A DNA stretch of 54,795 nt from Mayamaea pseudoterrestris (lineage: Eukaryota), in NCBI GenBank assembly GCA_027923505.1, contig BROI01000013.1, positions 868,001 to 922,795 of the forward strand, in the 5' to 3' direction. The notes under the pieces are model-generated. The model did not search any database. It saw nothing but the letters and a program-made list of their open reading frames with translations, and was not told the origin of the DNA. The position numbers were made by a program, and so were the translations under genes. Within the stretch, counting starts at the first letter, position 1; every line of letters begins with the position of its first letter. Below, one piece after another: positions 44,709 to 54,795 of the stretch.

Positions 44709-45092
44709 CTATCTGGTAGCGCAGAGTGAACAATGGTGCTGTCACTATTGCTGGGTGATTCAGGTGTAGAAATGGCCTGGTATATTCAGGCATCTACATG
44801 GCTTGATGATGGGGCACTTGAATGTCAAGACATCTGCAGACTGAGACTGGCGTTAATTCTCAACCGTCACTATGCAGTCTACTGAAATACCTTGTTGGCA
44901 CCATCCTTGGGTGATTTGGGCATCTATGTGGCTTGATGTATGAGCGTTTGAATGTCAAGGCATATCTGGGCTGGGACTGAGGACAAATTCTCAGCTGTCA
45001 CATTGCAATCTACTGAGACACCAGCCAGGCAATTTGCATCTTGTACCGCACCTTAGATACGGATGTTGACACCATTCTGGCTTGCTTTGGAC
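44709..45092 (-). repeat. Decayed inverted copies of satellite B (~2-2.5 units)
   Basis: gcgtttgaatgtc, ctgagactgg, ctgagacaccagcca, catcttgta.cgca and gatgttg.caccattctgg match the reverse complement of the 169-bp unit. Confidence 0.8.
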
Positions 45093-45392
45093 AAACGCAT
45101 AACGCTAGGTATTAGCATTTGTATAACATAGCTGATGGTTGGAACGGTATTCAATCGCATGAACAATGACGACAACTTGACCATGGCCACGCAAAAATGA
45201 GTGCTCATCAGCCGCCCGTTCTTACGCACCCTGATTACAAGCAATAATTACCAGTGACATACAGCCACGATGCAAGCTATACATAGAATCAGAATAACTT
45301 CTAGCAGATGTCTGCAACAATTGATGCAACAATCAAAAGTCATTGTCTCTAATACATCATGACTACCATCACCATCAGTTCATTTCATTTGA

Positions 45393-45780
45393 TGGCACGG
45401 AGGCGGGCCTGGAGCCGATGCTCCCACCATTACAGTTTCCTTTCGCCTTGCCAATGACTCGATTAAAACAGTCAAAGCTCGGATTGGCAAGTTACTACTA
45501 CAAATGGCACACCGCCACGACGTGGACTTGGAAGGCGCCTGCGAAGGTGTTTGTGCCTGCAGCACCTGCCACTTGATATTTCCGGCAAGCATTTACAATC
45601 AGCTACCGGAACTATTGGAATATGAAGAAGATATGCTGGACATGGCATTTGGATTAACTGAAACGAGTCAACTTGGGTGTCAGGTCATTGTCATCACCGG
45701 AAATGGAGAATGCAGTATCGGAGTTGCCCAAGGCGGCGATAAACTTTTATGTGGATGGGCATGTCCCAAAGCCGCCTTAG
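45393..45780 (+). pseudogene. Mitochondrial-type 2Fe-2S ferredoxin (adrenodoxin/Yah1-like), probable pseudogene
   Basis: DLEGACEGVCACSTCH, EEDMLDMAFGLTETS-Q-LGCQ, and a C-terminus NFYVDGHVPKP in another frame. In-frame TGA at 45390-45392 upstream. Confidence 0.8.
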
Positions 45781-47715
45781 GGAGTCAAGAGGGAAGTGGA
45801 GCTTGATGATTGAGGATGTGGCAATGTTTAGAGAACGAAGCTTGGCTAAATTATTGACCTTGGAATTGGATCAGGGAGAGCGGCAAACAAGCTGATTCTT
45901 GTCATGTAACTAACATACATTAGCACAATATTATACTATACACTGTTCCTATTATTGCCTCAAAACGGAGTGGAAGCAAGCACTTGAAGAAACGGATGCA
46001 ATGCGACCAAAATGGTGCCGCGGCGGGACCAATATAGCTCCGATGACAATAACAATTACACCGTTCGATGCCGCTTCATTTACTTAGTAGATCTATAGTG
46101 TTTTAAATCAATGCTAGAGTCCAAGTGTACGCTTTAAAAGACGAGAAAGGATCCTTGGCGGCGGTGGGAAAAAAGAGGTGCGCGTTTCAAAGTTTAACGA
46201 AAACCCCAGCTTTTGAGCGAGTATGCATTGTGATGTGTTTGCTATACTTGAGTCGAATTACTAATGACAGTAAACTCGTTCTCCCGCCAAACGCAGGGCA
46301 AGGTCTCGTCGAACTTGCTCACGTAAAGACGCGGTTCGATCGCATTCACACTACACCTCACTAGGCGGAGCGACCAAGGCACCCCACACGTAGCTAAACA
46401 GGAATCGTTAGCCACGATTGCATGCTCTGCAGGTCCGTCGCAAATCGTCGCCATGGCTGACAACCTTGTTCCTACTCGGAAGCGCCAAGCAGATGGACGC
46501 ATAGGAATCGCAACGCTGCATACATTCCATGCAGATGGCAATGCGTTAGGAGCGACGTCGAAAAACGACGGGTTGATAGCTTTGTTTGTATGTAGATTGC
46601 TTGCGCAAGTCGTGCGGTTGGTGATATGGCAGCATCGTTGCCGCCATCGAGGGATCACGCCATTTCGAATTTCTGCATGCAGCGTTTCGTAACGGAACCA
46701 ACGCAGCAGCACGGGTTCCAAGCAGATGGTCAGTTGACGACGTGCAGCGTCAATGGGGTGCTCATGGGAGGTTGCATGCAAGTCCTACAAAGTACAACGT
46801 TGGCGTCGCCAAAGGATTTATCAGATTCTGCATGCAGCGTTTGCAACATTTTCGAAAGTAAAGGAATTTCGCTTCGTCGCCATGGTTCGCGGTTGCAGTT
46901 GGATATATTGACCAGCAGCTGTCGTTTCCTTTGTTCGCCTATTCCGGAGGCTTCGCCGTCGTCAATGTGAAGCGTTGAGCGATTAAAAAGTTCCGGCAGC
47001 AAGGTGAGTAAGTCCGAATGTGCCTGCCGCGAGTTGTTGTCGCGCTTTCGTCGCTGGCGACGCGTCGTTGCATCCCCATGGCTCATATCGGTTGAATCTT
47101 TGTCCTTGACAATCCTGCATACAGCGTTTCCTCAACCTCCATGATGCGTCACATGGGCGTAAGTAAGGAGAAGAGGTGCGCCGTTTGATAACTGCAGTCG
47201 TAACGGAGCGCCATAACAACTTGCTATGCCCCGTTTTCTTCGAAAGTCGAGGTATGGCCGCATTCTGTTCCTCGCCTCGAGGCAATAATGAAATGACAGA
47301 GAAGAGCATGTCATCACCTCACGCTTACTAAAGCCCCAACGCACGTGGCTCAGAAAAGAAAGATCAGGATCCAGTACTCCCCATTCATGTGTGATTGACG
47401 GACGCAACCGCGAGTGCGTCGAAACCGAATAATGTCGAACGATGCAGAGTATGTCACGCTGTAAGGTCGACGCCGCGACGGATAAATAATCGTGCTTTTT
47501 GTTTTCGTTCCGCTTCGTCAAGGCTTGTCGACAACAACGTCTATATGCAAGCAAGAGGATCACGAATCACGGTTCGTTTGACTATCGAATCCTCGAGAAA
47601 TATTTGGTGGCTTGTGTGCATCTGCTCAGCAATCGTGGCGAACATCAGACTCCAGAGATTGGCAAACCACACTTTCGACTTCACAAATTCAGCGCAACGC
47701 AAACCAACGTATAAG

Positions 47716-48933
47716 ATGAACAGAGACAACGGCAGCGCCCCAGACCAGCATCACAAGGCAAGCAAGAAAGAAGACAATCATAATAACATGAACAACAACT
47801 CCAAACTCCCCGCCGAGATTGACGACAAGGAGTCGGACGACAGTGAAAGACACAACAACGACACGGACGACAATGACATGGACGACCATGACGACAACGA
47901 CGATCGCGGCGTCGTGAGCACTGGCGATGAGCAGCAGCAGGAGCATCACAATCAAACACACGGCGACGGCCAGTCTCGCAAACTCAAGCGCCTCCACATG
48001 AACCGCGAGTCGGCGCGGGCCCGCCGCAAGCGCAAGAAGGTATTGATGGAGTCGCTCGAGCAGCAAGTGTCCGACCTGATGAAGCGCAACCAAGTTTATA
48101 GGCTCGTCAACGAGTCACTCACGACGCAGGTGCAGCAATTGGAGTCGGACTTGGCTGTCGCCAATGCTACCATTGTCATGCTGCGGACGAATAGTGGCAA
48201 TGCTGCTGCTGCCAATGGTTCCAACAATGGATCATTGTCGTCGTCACAGCAGCAGCAGCAGCAGCAACACTTGTTTGGTGGAGGAAACGCCGCCAATGTA
48301 TCATCTGCCGGAGACATGATGAGCTCCCACAGCGCCAGTAGCAGCAACGACTCGGCCATTCATCGCTTCTTGGCGTCGCAGCATTCGCGCCGGGCCAGTG
48401 GCAACTTGTTTCACAACACGGCACTCTCGGCGCAAGACTATGGACTCTTTGGGAATAGCAACAGAAGCGGTAACAACGTTGGTGGTGGATGCAGCAGCAG
48501 TCAGGATAATATGCAGCAGCAGCACCGCCAGCGGGATTTACAGTCGCAGCTTTCGCAGGTGAACATTGATCGAGTGCTTGCCAATCTGCTGCAGCAGCAA
48601 CAGCAGCATCACTTGGCAGCGTCGCCGCGACATGATCGTGTTGCGGTGAACCAATACTCGTCCCTTCCTCCCAATGATACATTGGCATCGGCAGTGGAAA
48701 TGGGACGTTTGCGAGCCATTGGGCAGCGACTGGATCACGTTAGCGGCGGCGCCGACGTTGCTGCTTTGGATAGTCCCACCGTGGCCGACGACTCGCGCCG
48801 CAAGGCGTACGATGCCATATTAAAGTACCAGCAGCAGCAACAGCAGCAGTATCAGCAACAACATCAGCAGCAGTTTCACAAGCAGCAGCATTACGAGCAT
48901 GGCAAACAAAAGGACCATGACAACAACCTCTAA
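47716..48933 (+). CDS. bZIP transcription factor with Q/N-rich regions
   Basis: Basic region KRLHMNRESARARRKRKK followed by a leucine heptad LEQQVSDL...L...LESDL. Likely ATG at 47716. Confidence 0.9.
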   Translation: MNRDNGSAPDQHHKASKKEDNHNNMNNNSKLPAEIDDKESDDSERHNNDTDDNDMDDHDDNDDRGVVSTGDEQQQEHHNQTHGDGQSRKLKRLHMNRESARARRKRKKVLMESLEQQVSDLMKRNQVYRLVNESLTTQVQQLESDLAVANATIVMLRTNSGNAAAANGSNNGSLSSSQQQQQQQHLFGGGNAANVSSAGDMMSSHSASSSNDSAIHRFLASQHSRRASGNLFHNTALSAQDYGLFGNSNRSGNNVGGGCSSSQDNMQQQHRQRDLQSQLSQVNIDRVLANLLQQQQQHHLAASPRHDRVAVNQYSSLPPNDTLASAVEMGRLRAIGQRLDHVSGGADVAALDSPTVADDSRRKAYDAILKYQQQQQQQYQQQHQQQFHKQQHYEHGKQKDHDNNL

Positions 48934-49120
48934 GGCAATGGAGCCGACAGGACCCAGTATATGTAAATGTGTGAATGTAGCCGAAAAAGGCTTTCGCGTT
49001 GCTCGGAATCTTTCCATGCAGCTGCAGATTAGTGAATCATCTTAATAACTTAGAGAGAAAACGTTTTTACATTGGAACATACTTTACATACAGTAGCACC
49101 ATCAATACATAGCTAGACAA

Positions 49121-50635
49121 TTACAAGTTTGACGGTATAAACACTGAATAGCCCGATAGTGCAGTCGCCATGAGGCAGCTCGATATTTGCGGATGCCAGT
49201 GAACCTCCTTAAACTGCTCGCTGCCGCAGTGGACGAACAACAGTTGCGGTGGAATCTCCAAATCCTTGGTAGTAGCATCCTCTTCCACCGACAAGTCGTA
49301 AACGTAGGCACCGCTATCATCACTGGCAGCCAACATGCTTTCATCCGTTGGATGCCATTCGACGGATGTAATGGGTGTCTTGTGAACGGTGAAGCGAGCC
49401 AGTGGATCAGGACTCTCCTTGCTAAAGTGACGAAGATCCCATACGGAAAGAGTTCCATCATCACCACCAGTGGCCAGTAAATTGGAAACGAGTCGATTCC
49501 ACGACAAGACATTGACATCGGCTCCATTCGCATGAATCTTGTGACCAAGCATGGCCTTGTGGGGCGCTCGCGTGTCAAAGATCCGAATGTAGCCGCCGCA
49601 TTCGGCAGCGCCAAAGACGGTCGCTTCCGTCGGACTCCACTGCAAGTCTTCCACGGACGGATTCACGTCAACTAATCGATCAGTCGTATTGCTGCTTTCG
49701 TAAAAGCTAGAGACGGCGTAGCTGCCTTCCTCGCGGGGGTTCCAAAGGTGAATGCTTCCGGAGCAGTCGCCCGATGCGAGCAAGCCTTGCTTTTGAAGGG
49801 ACCAGTCGAGTGCATAACCTTCCGTTGAGTGACCCTTGTACGAGAAGAAGGGTTTCTTTGGAATGTCATTCATCTTGGTCGTTTTGCCTTCGGATGTGGA
49901 GAATCGCTGCAATATGGAAGAAACATTAAACAGGTTGACCGTCCCTTGGTCACTCCAAGTAGCAACAATTTCCGTTCGTTGCGGCATGCATCGAACGCGA
50001 TTGACGCCTCCATAGTGCGGTATCGAGTAGTGTTCCATGATTGGATCCAAGTCAACTTCGTCGTCAGACTCTTCATCGGCTGATTCATCATCCTTTTCGG
50101 GGTCATACTCCTCGCCCAAAATGTCGTCGTCAGTTTCCTGCTGCACCTTGCTCAAGTCGGCTAGTTTCATGACAGTCAAACTATTTTGTCCAGCTCGATC
50201 TGCTTGCGTTCCAATGGCGGCAATGAGAGAATGTGGAAACTTGGTCCGAGCGTCGCCAAGATCGTCTCGTATAAAGTCAAACGAAAGTGATGGCCATTCG
50301 CCCGTTAAAAAATGAACCATTTTATATGCCGACGGATCCATTTCCAGCTTTCCAGGTTCCAACGGCTCGCCAGTGAGAGGATTCCAGGATTGAATCACTT
50401 CCATGCCGTCTCCATCGCCACCTTCATTGCCTTGGTCGTCGTCAACATCGTCGGCATCTTCCCACTGCTCGTCGTCTTCGTCTTCAGCGACGATTTCTGG
50501 AAATGGATCTTCGAAACGCAAATTATCCTTCGTTTCTTCCTTTGCTTCTCGAAGAGCTGGAGCTAAAGGTGATTTGGATTTTGAATCGTTGTTGTCCGCC
50601 TTGGCGGGACGATTTCGCTTGGTTTTCTTTCCCAT
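49121..50635 (-). CDS. GRWD1: Glutamate-rich WD40 protein GRWD1/Rrb1 (ribosome biogenesis)
   Basis: FEDPF, AYKM..EWPSLSFD, HYGGVNRVR, GHSTEGYALDW, SVEDLQWSPTE, DVNVLSWN, PPQLLFVH, KEVHWHPQI. Confidence 0.93.
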   Translation of the reverse strand: MGKKTKRNRPAKADNNDSKSKSPLAPALREAKEETKDNLRFEDPFPEIVAEDEDDEQWEDADDVDDDQGNEGGDGDGMEVIQSWNPLTGEPLEPGKLEMDPSAYKMVHFLTGEWPSLSFDFIRDDLGDARTKFPHSLIAAIGTQADRAGQNSLTVMKLADLSKVQQETDDDILGEEYDPEKDDESADEESDDEVDLDPIMEHYSIPHYGGVNRVRCMPQRTEIVATWSDQGTVNLFNVSSILQRFSTSEGKTTKMNDIPKKPFFSYKGHSTEGYALDWSLQKQGLLASGDCSGSIHLWNPREEGSYAVSSFYESSNTTDRLVDVNPSVEDLQWSPTEATVFGAAECGGYIRIFDTRAPHKAMLGHKIHANGADVNVLSWNRLVSNLLATGGDDGTLSVWDLRHFSKESPDPLARFTVHKTPITSVEWHPTDESMLAASDDSGAYVYDLSVEEDATTKDLEIPPQLLFVHCGSEQFKEVHWHPQISSCLMATALSGYSVFIPSNL

Positions 50636-50894
50636 GGTGACGGATTTTAAAGAAGGAAGGAACGAAACCTTGAATGGCGTTCATCCTCTCCAAGCGGTCG
50701 ATGGTCAGACGCTTCTAGAATGTGAGTACCGTTCAGACTCGACACATGGTACGTCATCGACCTGATGACGTCGCGGCGAGCTGACTGCGCGCGGCGCGGC
50801 GGAGGCGTACGCACGACGCCGATTGTTTCGTTTCGACTGCAACCCCTCACATCTTTCGTCTCCTTCGCACTTGTAAACCATTCAATTGACCAAC

Positions 50895-52423
50895 ATGAAA
50901 TTCTCCCAGGCCTTCCTCGTCGCCCTTGCTGCATCCAGTGCATCTGTCAGCGCCTTTGCGCCTGTCCGTAAGTCTTGAATCGGAGGAGTGGATCCTTTGC
51001 GCGCACGTCAGCCTGAGTGTCGTCAAAATTTGTGAATCTTTCTTGCAATTGCATTCTAACGCACATTCTCATCATCAGGCCCTCAATTGAGTGTCCGCGT
51101 CCCAACCTTTGACTCTGTGTTCGAGCTCGAGGCCAAGAAATCCATTGAAGACCTCAGTGATGCCGAACTCAAGGGCAAGAAGGTTCTTATCCGATGTGAC
51201 GTTAACGTTCCACTCGACGGCAAGACGATCACGGACGACACGCGCATCCGCGCCTGCATTCCCACCATTCAATACTTGACAAAGAAGGGAGCGATCGTTT
51301 CCGTCTGCTCGCACTTGGGACGCCCCAAGGACGGACCAGAGGACAAGTTCTCCCTTGCTCCTTGCGCCGACCGCATGGGCGAGCTTCTCGGACAGACTGT
51401 CACTCTCGCACCGGACTGCATTGGTGAGGAGGTAACCAAGATTGTTGATGCCGCCAAGGAGGGTGATGTCATCATGCTTGAAAACACTCGTTTCTACAAG
51501 GAGGAGACCAAGAACGAGCCTGGATTCGTTGAAAAGCTTGCCGCTCCGTTTGACCTTTTCGTCAACGACGCCTTTGGTACTGCCCACCGCGCCCATGCCT
51601 CCACGGAAGGTGTCACCAAGTTCCTTCAACCGTCAGTTTCTGGCTTCTTGCTTGCCAAGGAACTCGAGTACCTTGATGGAGCCGTCAAGAACGGAAAGAA
51701 GCCCATGGCTGCCATTGTTGGTGGATCCAAGGTCTCATCCAAAATTACCGTCCTTGAGGCCCTTCTTGACAAGTGCGACAAGATTATTATTGGAGGAGGC
51801 ATGGTCTTCACCTTCTTGAAGGCCAAGGGTCTTGGAGTTGGTTCGTCCCTTGTCGAGGACGACTACGTTCAGACTGCCAAGGATGTTTTGGCCAAGGCCG
51901 AAAAGCTTGGAAAGGAAATCCTTTTGCCAATTGACATTGTCATTGCCGACAAGTTTGCCCCGGACGCCGAGTCCAAGGTTGTCCCGGTTGATGCCATTCC
52001 TGATGGCTGGATGGGACTTGACAACGGTCCGGAGACGACCGCACAACAAAAGGAGGCACTCAGCGACTGCAAGACTGTCATGTAAGTTCCTGAGTGGCTG
52101 TGATTTTCGTGGCTAAAATGATTGTTGTGGCAGGTTTTGCTAATTTTACAAACTTTTTTCTACAACGCAGCATGAACGGACCAATGGGAGTGTTCGAATT
52201 CGAAAAGTTCGCAGCCGGAACATTGGGAATTGTCAACATCCTCGCCGACTTGACCAAGGAAAAGGGTGCCATCACCATCATCGGAGGAGGAGACTCTGTT
52301 GCCGCCACTGAGCAATCTGGACGTGCCGGAGACATGTCTCACATCTCCACGGGAGGAGGTGCTTCCCTAGAACTTTTGGAGGGCAAGGTTCTTCCAGGCG
52401 TTGCCGCCCTGAACGACAAATAG
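50895..52423 (+). CDS. PGK: Plastid-targeted phosphoglycerate kinase; exons 50895-50967, 51079-52081, 52171-52423
   Basis: Signal peptide [23 protein letters not shown] (ASAFAP-type). [71 protein letters not shown] introns preserve the frame. Confidence 0.97.
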
Positions 52424-52687
52424 ATTATGCGGACGGCCTACCTACCGGTGCCTGCATGATTCCACGAGACTGTAGTCTATAACCACACGCTGTAATAAAT
52501 TCTTATTGGATTCAAACTTTAGTTACTGTCTTGTAAATGTGACGAGTTTATTTTTCGCATACTTTAACAACACGACGTCATGTCACGTCAACAACAAAAT
52601 TGCAACTGAAGAAACAAGTGGTTCTTTCGGCAGTAATCTAAAACAGAAGTGTGCACCCCAAACAGGAAACAGTTTGATTCGCGAAGC

Positions 52688-54666
52688 TCACAAGGCAGCC
52701 GGCTCTAGTAATGGCTTGTTTCCTTGCATTGAACCGAGTTGCCATCGCAAAGCATTAGACAGTCTTGCCAATGGCGTCATAGTGACAACTTGCAATTTCG
52801 GTGCATGATGTGGAACATAATCAACCTCAATGCCGCCTTCATCACTAATTGATGCTTCAGCAGCTGCTTCGCTCTCATCGGTGCTTGATCCTTGTCCATC
52901 GGCACGCAGTAGTCGATCGCTCTTGGCTTGCTCTGCCAGCTTCAGCCCCTCCTGCGCCATGGCGCACCATGCCTGGGAAACTTCCACAAGTGTGCTAAAC
53001 GCTTGGCGTTTTATTTGATACTCGAACGGGCAAGATTGCACAAACACAACGTCGCAGCTTGCCTTGACGACGCAAGTGTATCGCTGCTGTGATGGTTGAT
53101 TGTCGCCAACAAGTACATCATTCGGCAAGCAGGTAGGTTCAGACTCTTCCTTTTCGGCTCGTACAAGCCATCGCTCCACGACGCAGAATCGGTCATTGAA
53201 CGGAATATCGGCAAAAGTGGTTTTCGATTCGAGGATTGCTAACCGCTTGGAGAGGACGATATACCGCTGCGTCTTGGTTGTCGACGCGAATGGAGGCCCT
53301 AGCAACGAATGCGTCTTGGCCTTGAATGATATCGATCGTTCCTGCATGAATTCAATGGCTATTCTGTAGTTGTGATTATGTCTTTGCCGATCAACTGTCG
53401 CGCTTGCCGGATGCAGCGAGGTGCACGCAACTGCCATGACATCGTTTGAAGCAACATTCTTCCATGGTCCGTAGCAAATGTCCACATCGCCTCGCTTCCG
53501 TTGACAGTCGATAAAGTTGTATGGCGCATCATACGCGTAAAAGACGCTGAAAACTCAATGACGTTAAGTCCGACGAAACGTTCGCCCGCCTCGTTGCAAA
53601 TCAAGTTGGTACCAAGCGGAGGATAATACATGTTGATCCAGTCCTCGTCTGAGATCTCCAATTGAGCGTTATGGTGATGAGATTGATTCAGTGGTGACGC
53701 GAGGATGTCATCTATCCCTTCCAAGTCATCTCTCTCAACAGAGTCAATAGCATTGTATGCCGCCTCGTCGCGATCTTCCTCCTCCATGGGCAAGCCTTTA
53801 TCATTCACGTCCAGCGCACTATCATGAGCATGCCCGCATAGCCACCGAATTGCCCTTGGTTTCTTCGCGTCCTCACTGCCTTTGGCAGCTGTCGCGTCGT
53901 CGTCATCGTCCTTCGGATAGTAGTACTTGTAACCTGCTCCAGCCGCCTGCGCCGTGAGCGCACCCACGAGAAAGAGCCATGGATGCGTCACGGCTGTCAT
54001 GACTGCCAATATGGCAACGCCAACGTTCGGCGCCGTGACATGCGACTGTAGCGTTCTTGTCCAATGGACTTTTTGAAAGTCGGAAGGTGAAAAGTAGGGA
54101 ATGACTGAATCCGAGTCAGAGTCGCTGTCACGTGAATTGTTTCGCCTTTTACGTCTATTGCTGTTCAAAAGTGAGCTGAGTGATGCTAGTCGGTAATGAT
54201 TGTCGTCGTCATCCTGCGGGCCGAGCCAGTCCGTGACGCAAGTTGTAGTGCTTCGCGAGGCAAGCTGCCGATTGTGGTGGTCGATCTTTGCAACTGCTGA
54301 CTTTGTAGCGTTGCAAGGTGACAGTGAATTGACAATTTGCTTCCCCTGCGGCTCATCCGATGTCTTCTTTTCTTCAAGCGAGGATACTTCGCTTTCATTA
54401 AACGACTTGTCGAGATATTGTTGCGGCTGTTTCGCATTGCAGCAGCTGTCGTTGCAGTAGTCAGCACTGGCACTACTTTGATTGGGTAGATCAAATTGAA
54501 CGTAGATAACTGGATCCCGTATAATCGGAGCCGTTTGATGACGAAAGGGACGGCCTTTTTTACGATGCTCCGATGGAGGCGAGGATGCCAATTCAAGTTC
54601 GACGGCGTTGCTTGTTTCGTCTGCCGTTTCAGACGGAGTTGTTCTACAGTTCATCGGCATTACCAT
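52688..54666 (-). CDS. VASt (StART-like lipid-binding) domain protein, one frameshift near 53545
   Basis: Joined ORFs give F..DDAPYNF....RGDVDICYGPW, ERSISFK, GPPFASTTKTQR and SKTTFADIPFNDRFCVVERW. Hydrophobic segment in the N-terminal half. Confidence 0.75.
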
Positions 54667-54795
54667 GGCTGTAATGCTGAATCAGCTTTTGCTAATTGCA
54701 AGAACGACTTGGCCAAAATTTTCTTTACTTTATGCAATCTGCTACCGATAGTCTCAATATAGTCTCAATCTACTAAACGACGCTCGGATCCTTCT

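Noticed and set aside
46242..47309. Overlapping minus-strand ORFs as a gene
   Set aside because: No recognisable motif; a frameshifted hypothetical gene cannot be distinguished from non-coding DNA.
47395..47715. N-terminal extension of the bZIP ORF
   Set aside because: It starts at TTG with no coding signal; the ATG at 47716 is the more plausible start.

Overview
This is a eukaryotic, almost certainly diatom, genomic window. The evidence is an ASAFAP-type plastid-targeted PGK, a CoDi-like copia element and an Ambal-like LINE. Gene-rich flanks enclose a ~38 kb repeat domain. The left flank holds an ion-channel-type adenylyl cyclase, an HA-domain protein and Sar1, all frameshifted, probably by consensus errors. 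The right flank holds a ferredoxin relic, a bZIP factor, GRWD1/RRB1, PGK and a VASt protein. The repeat domain, left to right, is: AAGC-rich ~98/196-bp repeats; an intact single-ORF APE-RT-RNaseH non-LTR retrotransposon; a 12.4 kb array of a 181-bp satellite; an ~11 kb minus-strand Ty1/copia element; a 6.2 kb array of a 169-bp satellite; ~6 copies of a 183-bp satellite; and inverted decayed 169-bp relics. First highlight: the copia carries a 668-codon ORF upstream of gag with no AUG, inside a ~2.3 kb leader with no AUG in any frame, which points to a non-AUG-initiated accessory gene and leaky-scanning translation of gag. Second highlight: three nucleosome-sized, CpG-depleted, dyad-rich and apparently homologous satellites form a layered domain with a polarity switch, resembling a satellite-type centromere, which is unlike the AT-rich satellite-free centromeres described for Phaeodactylum.
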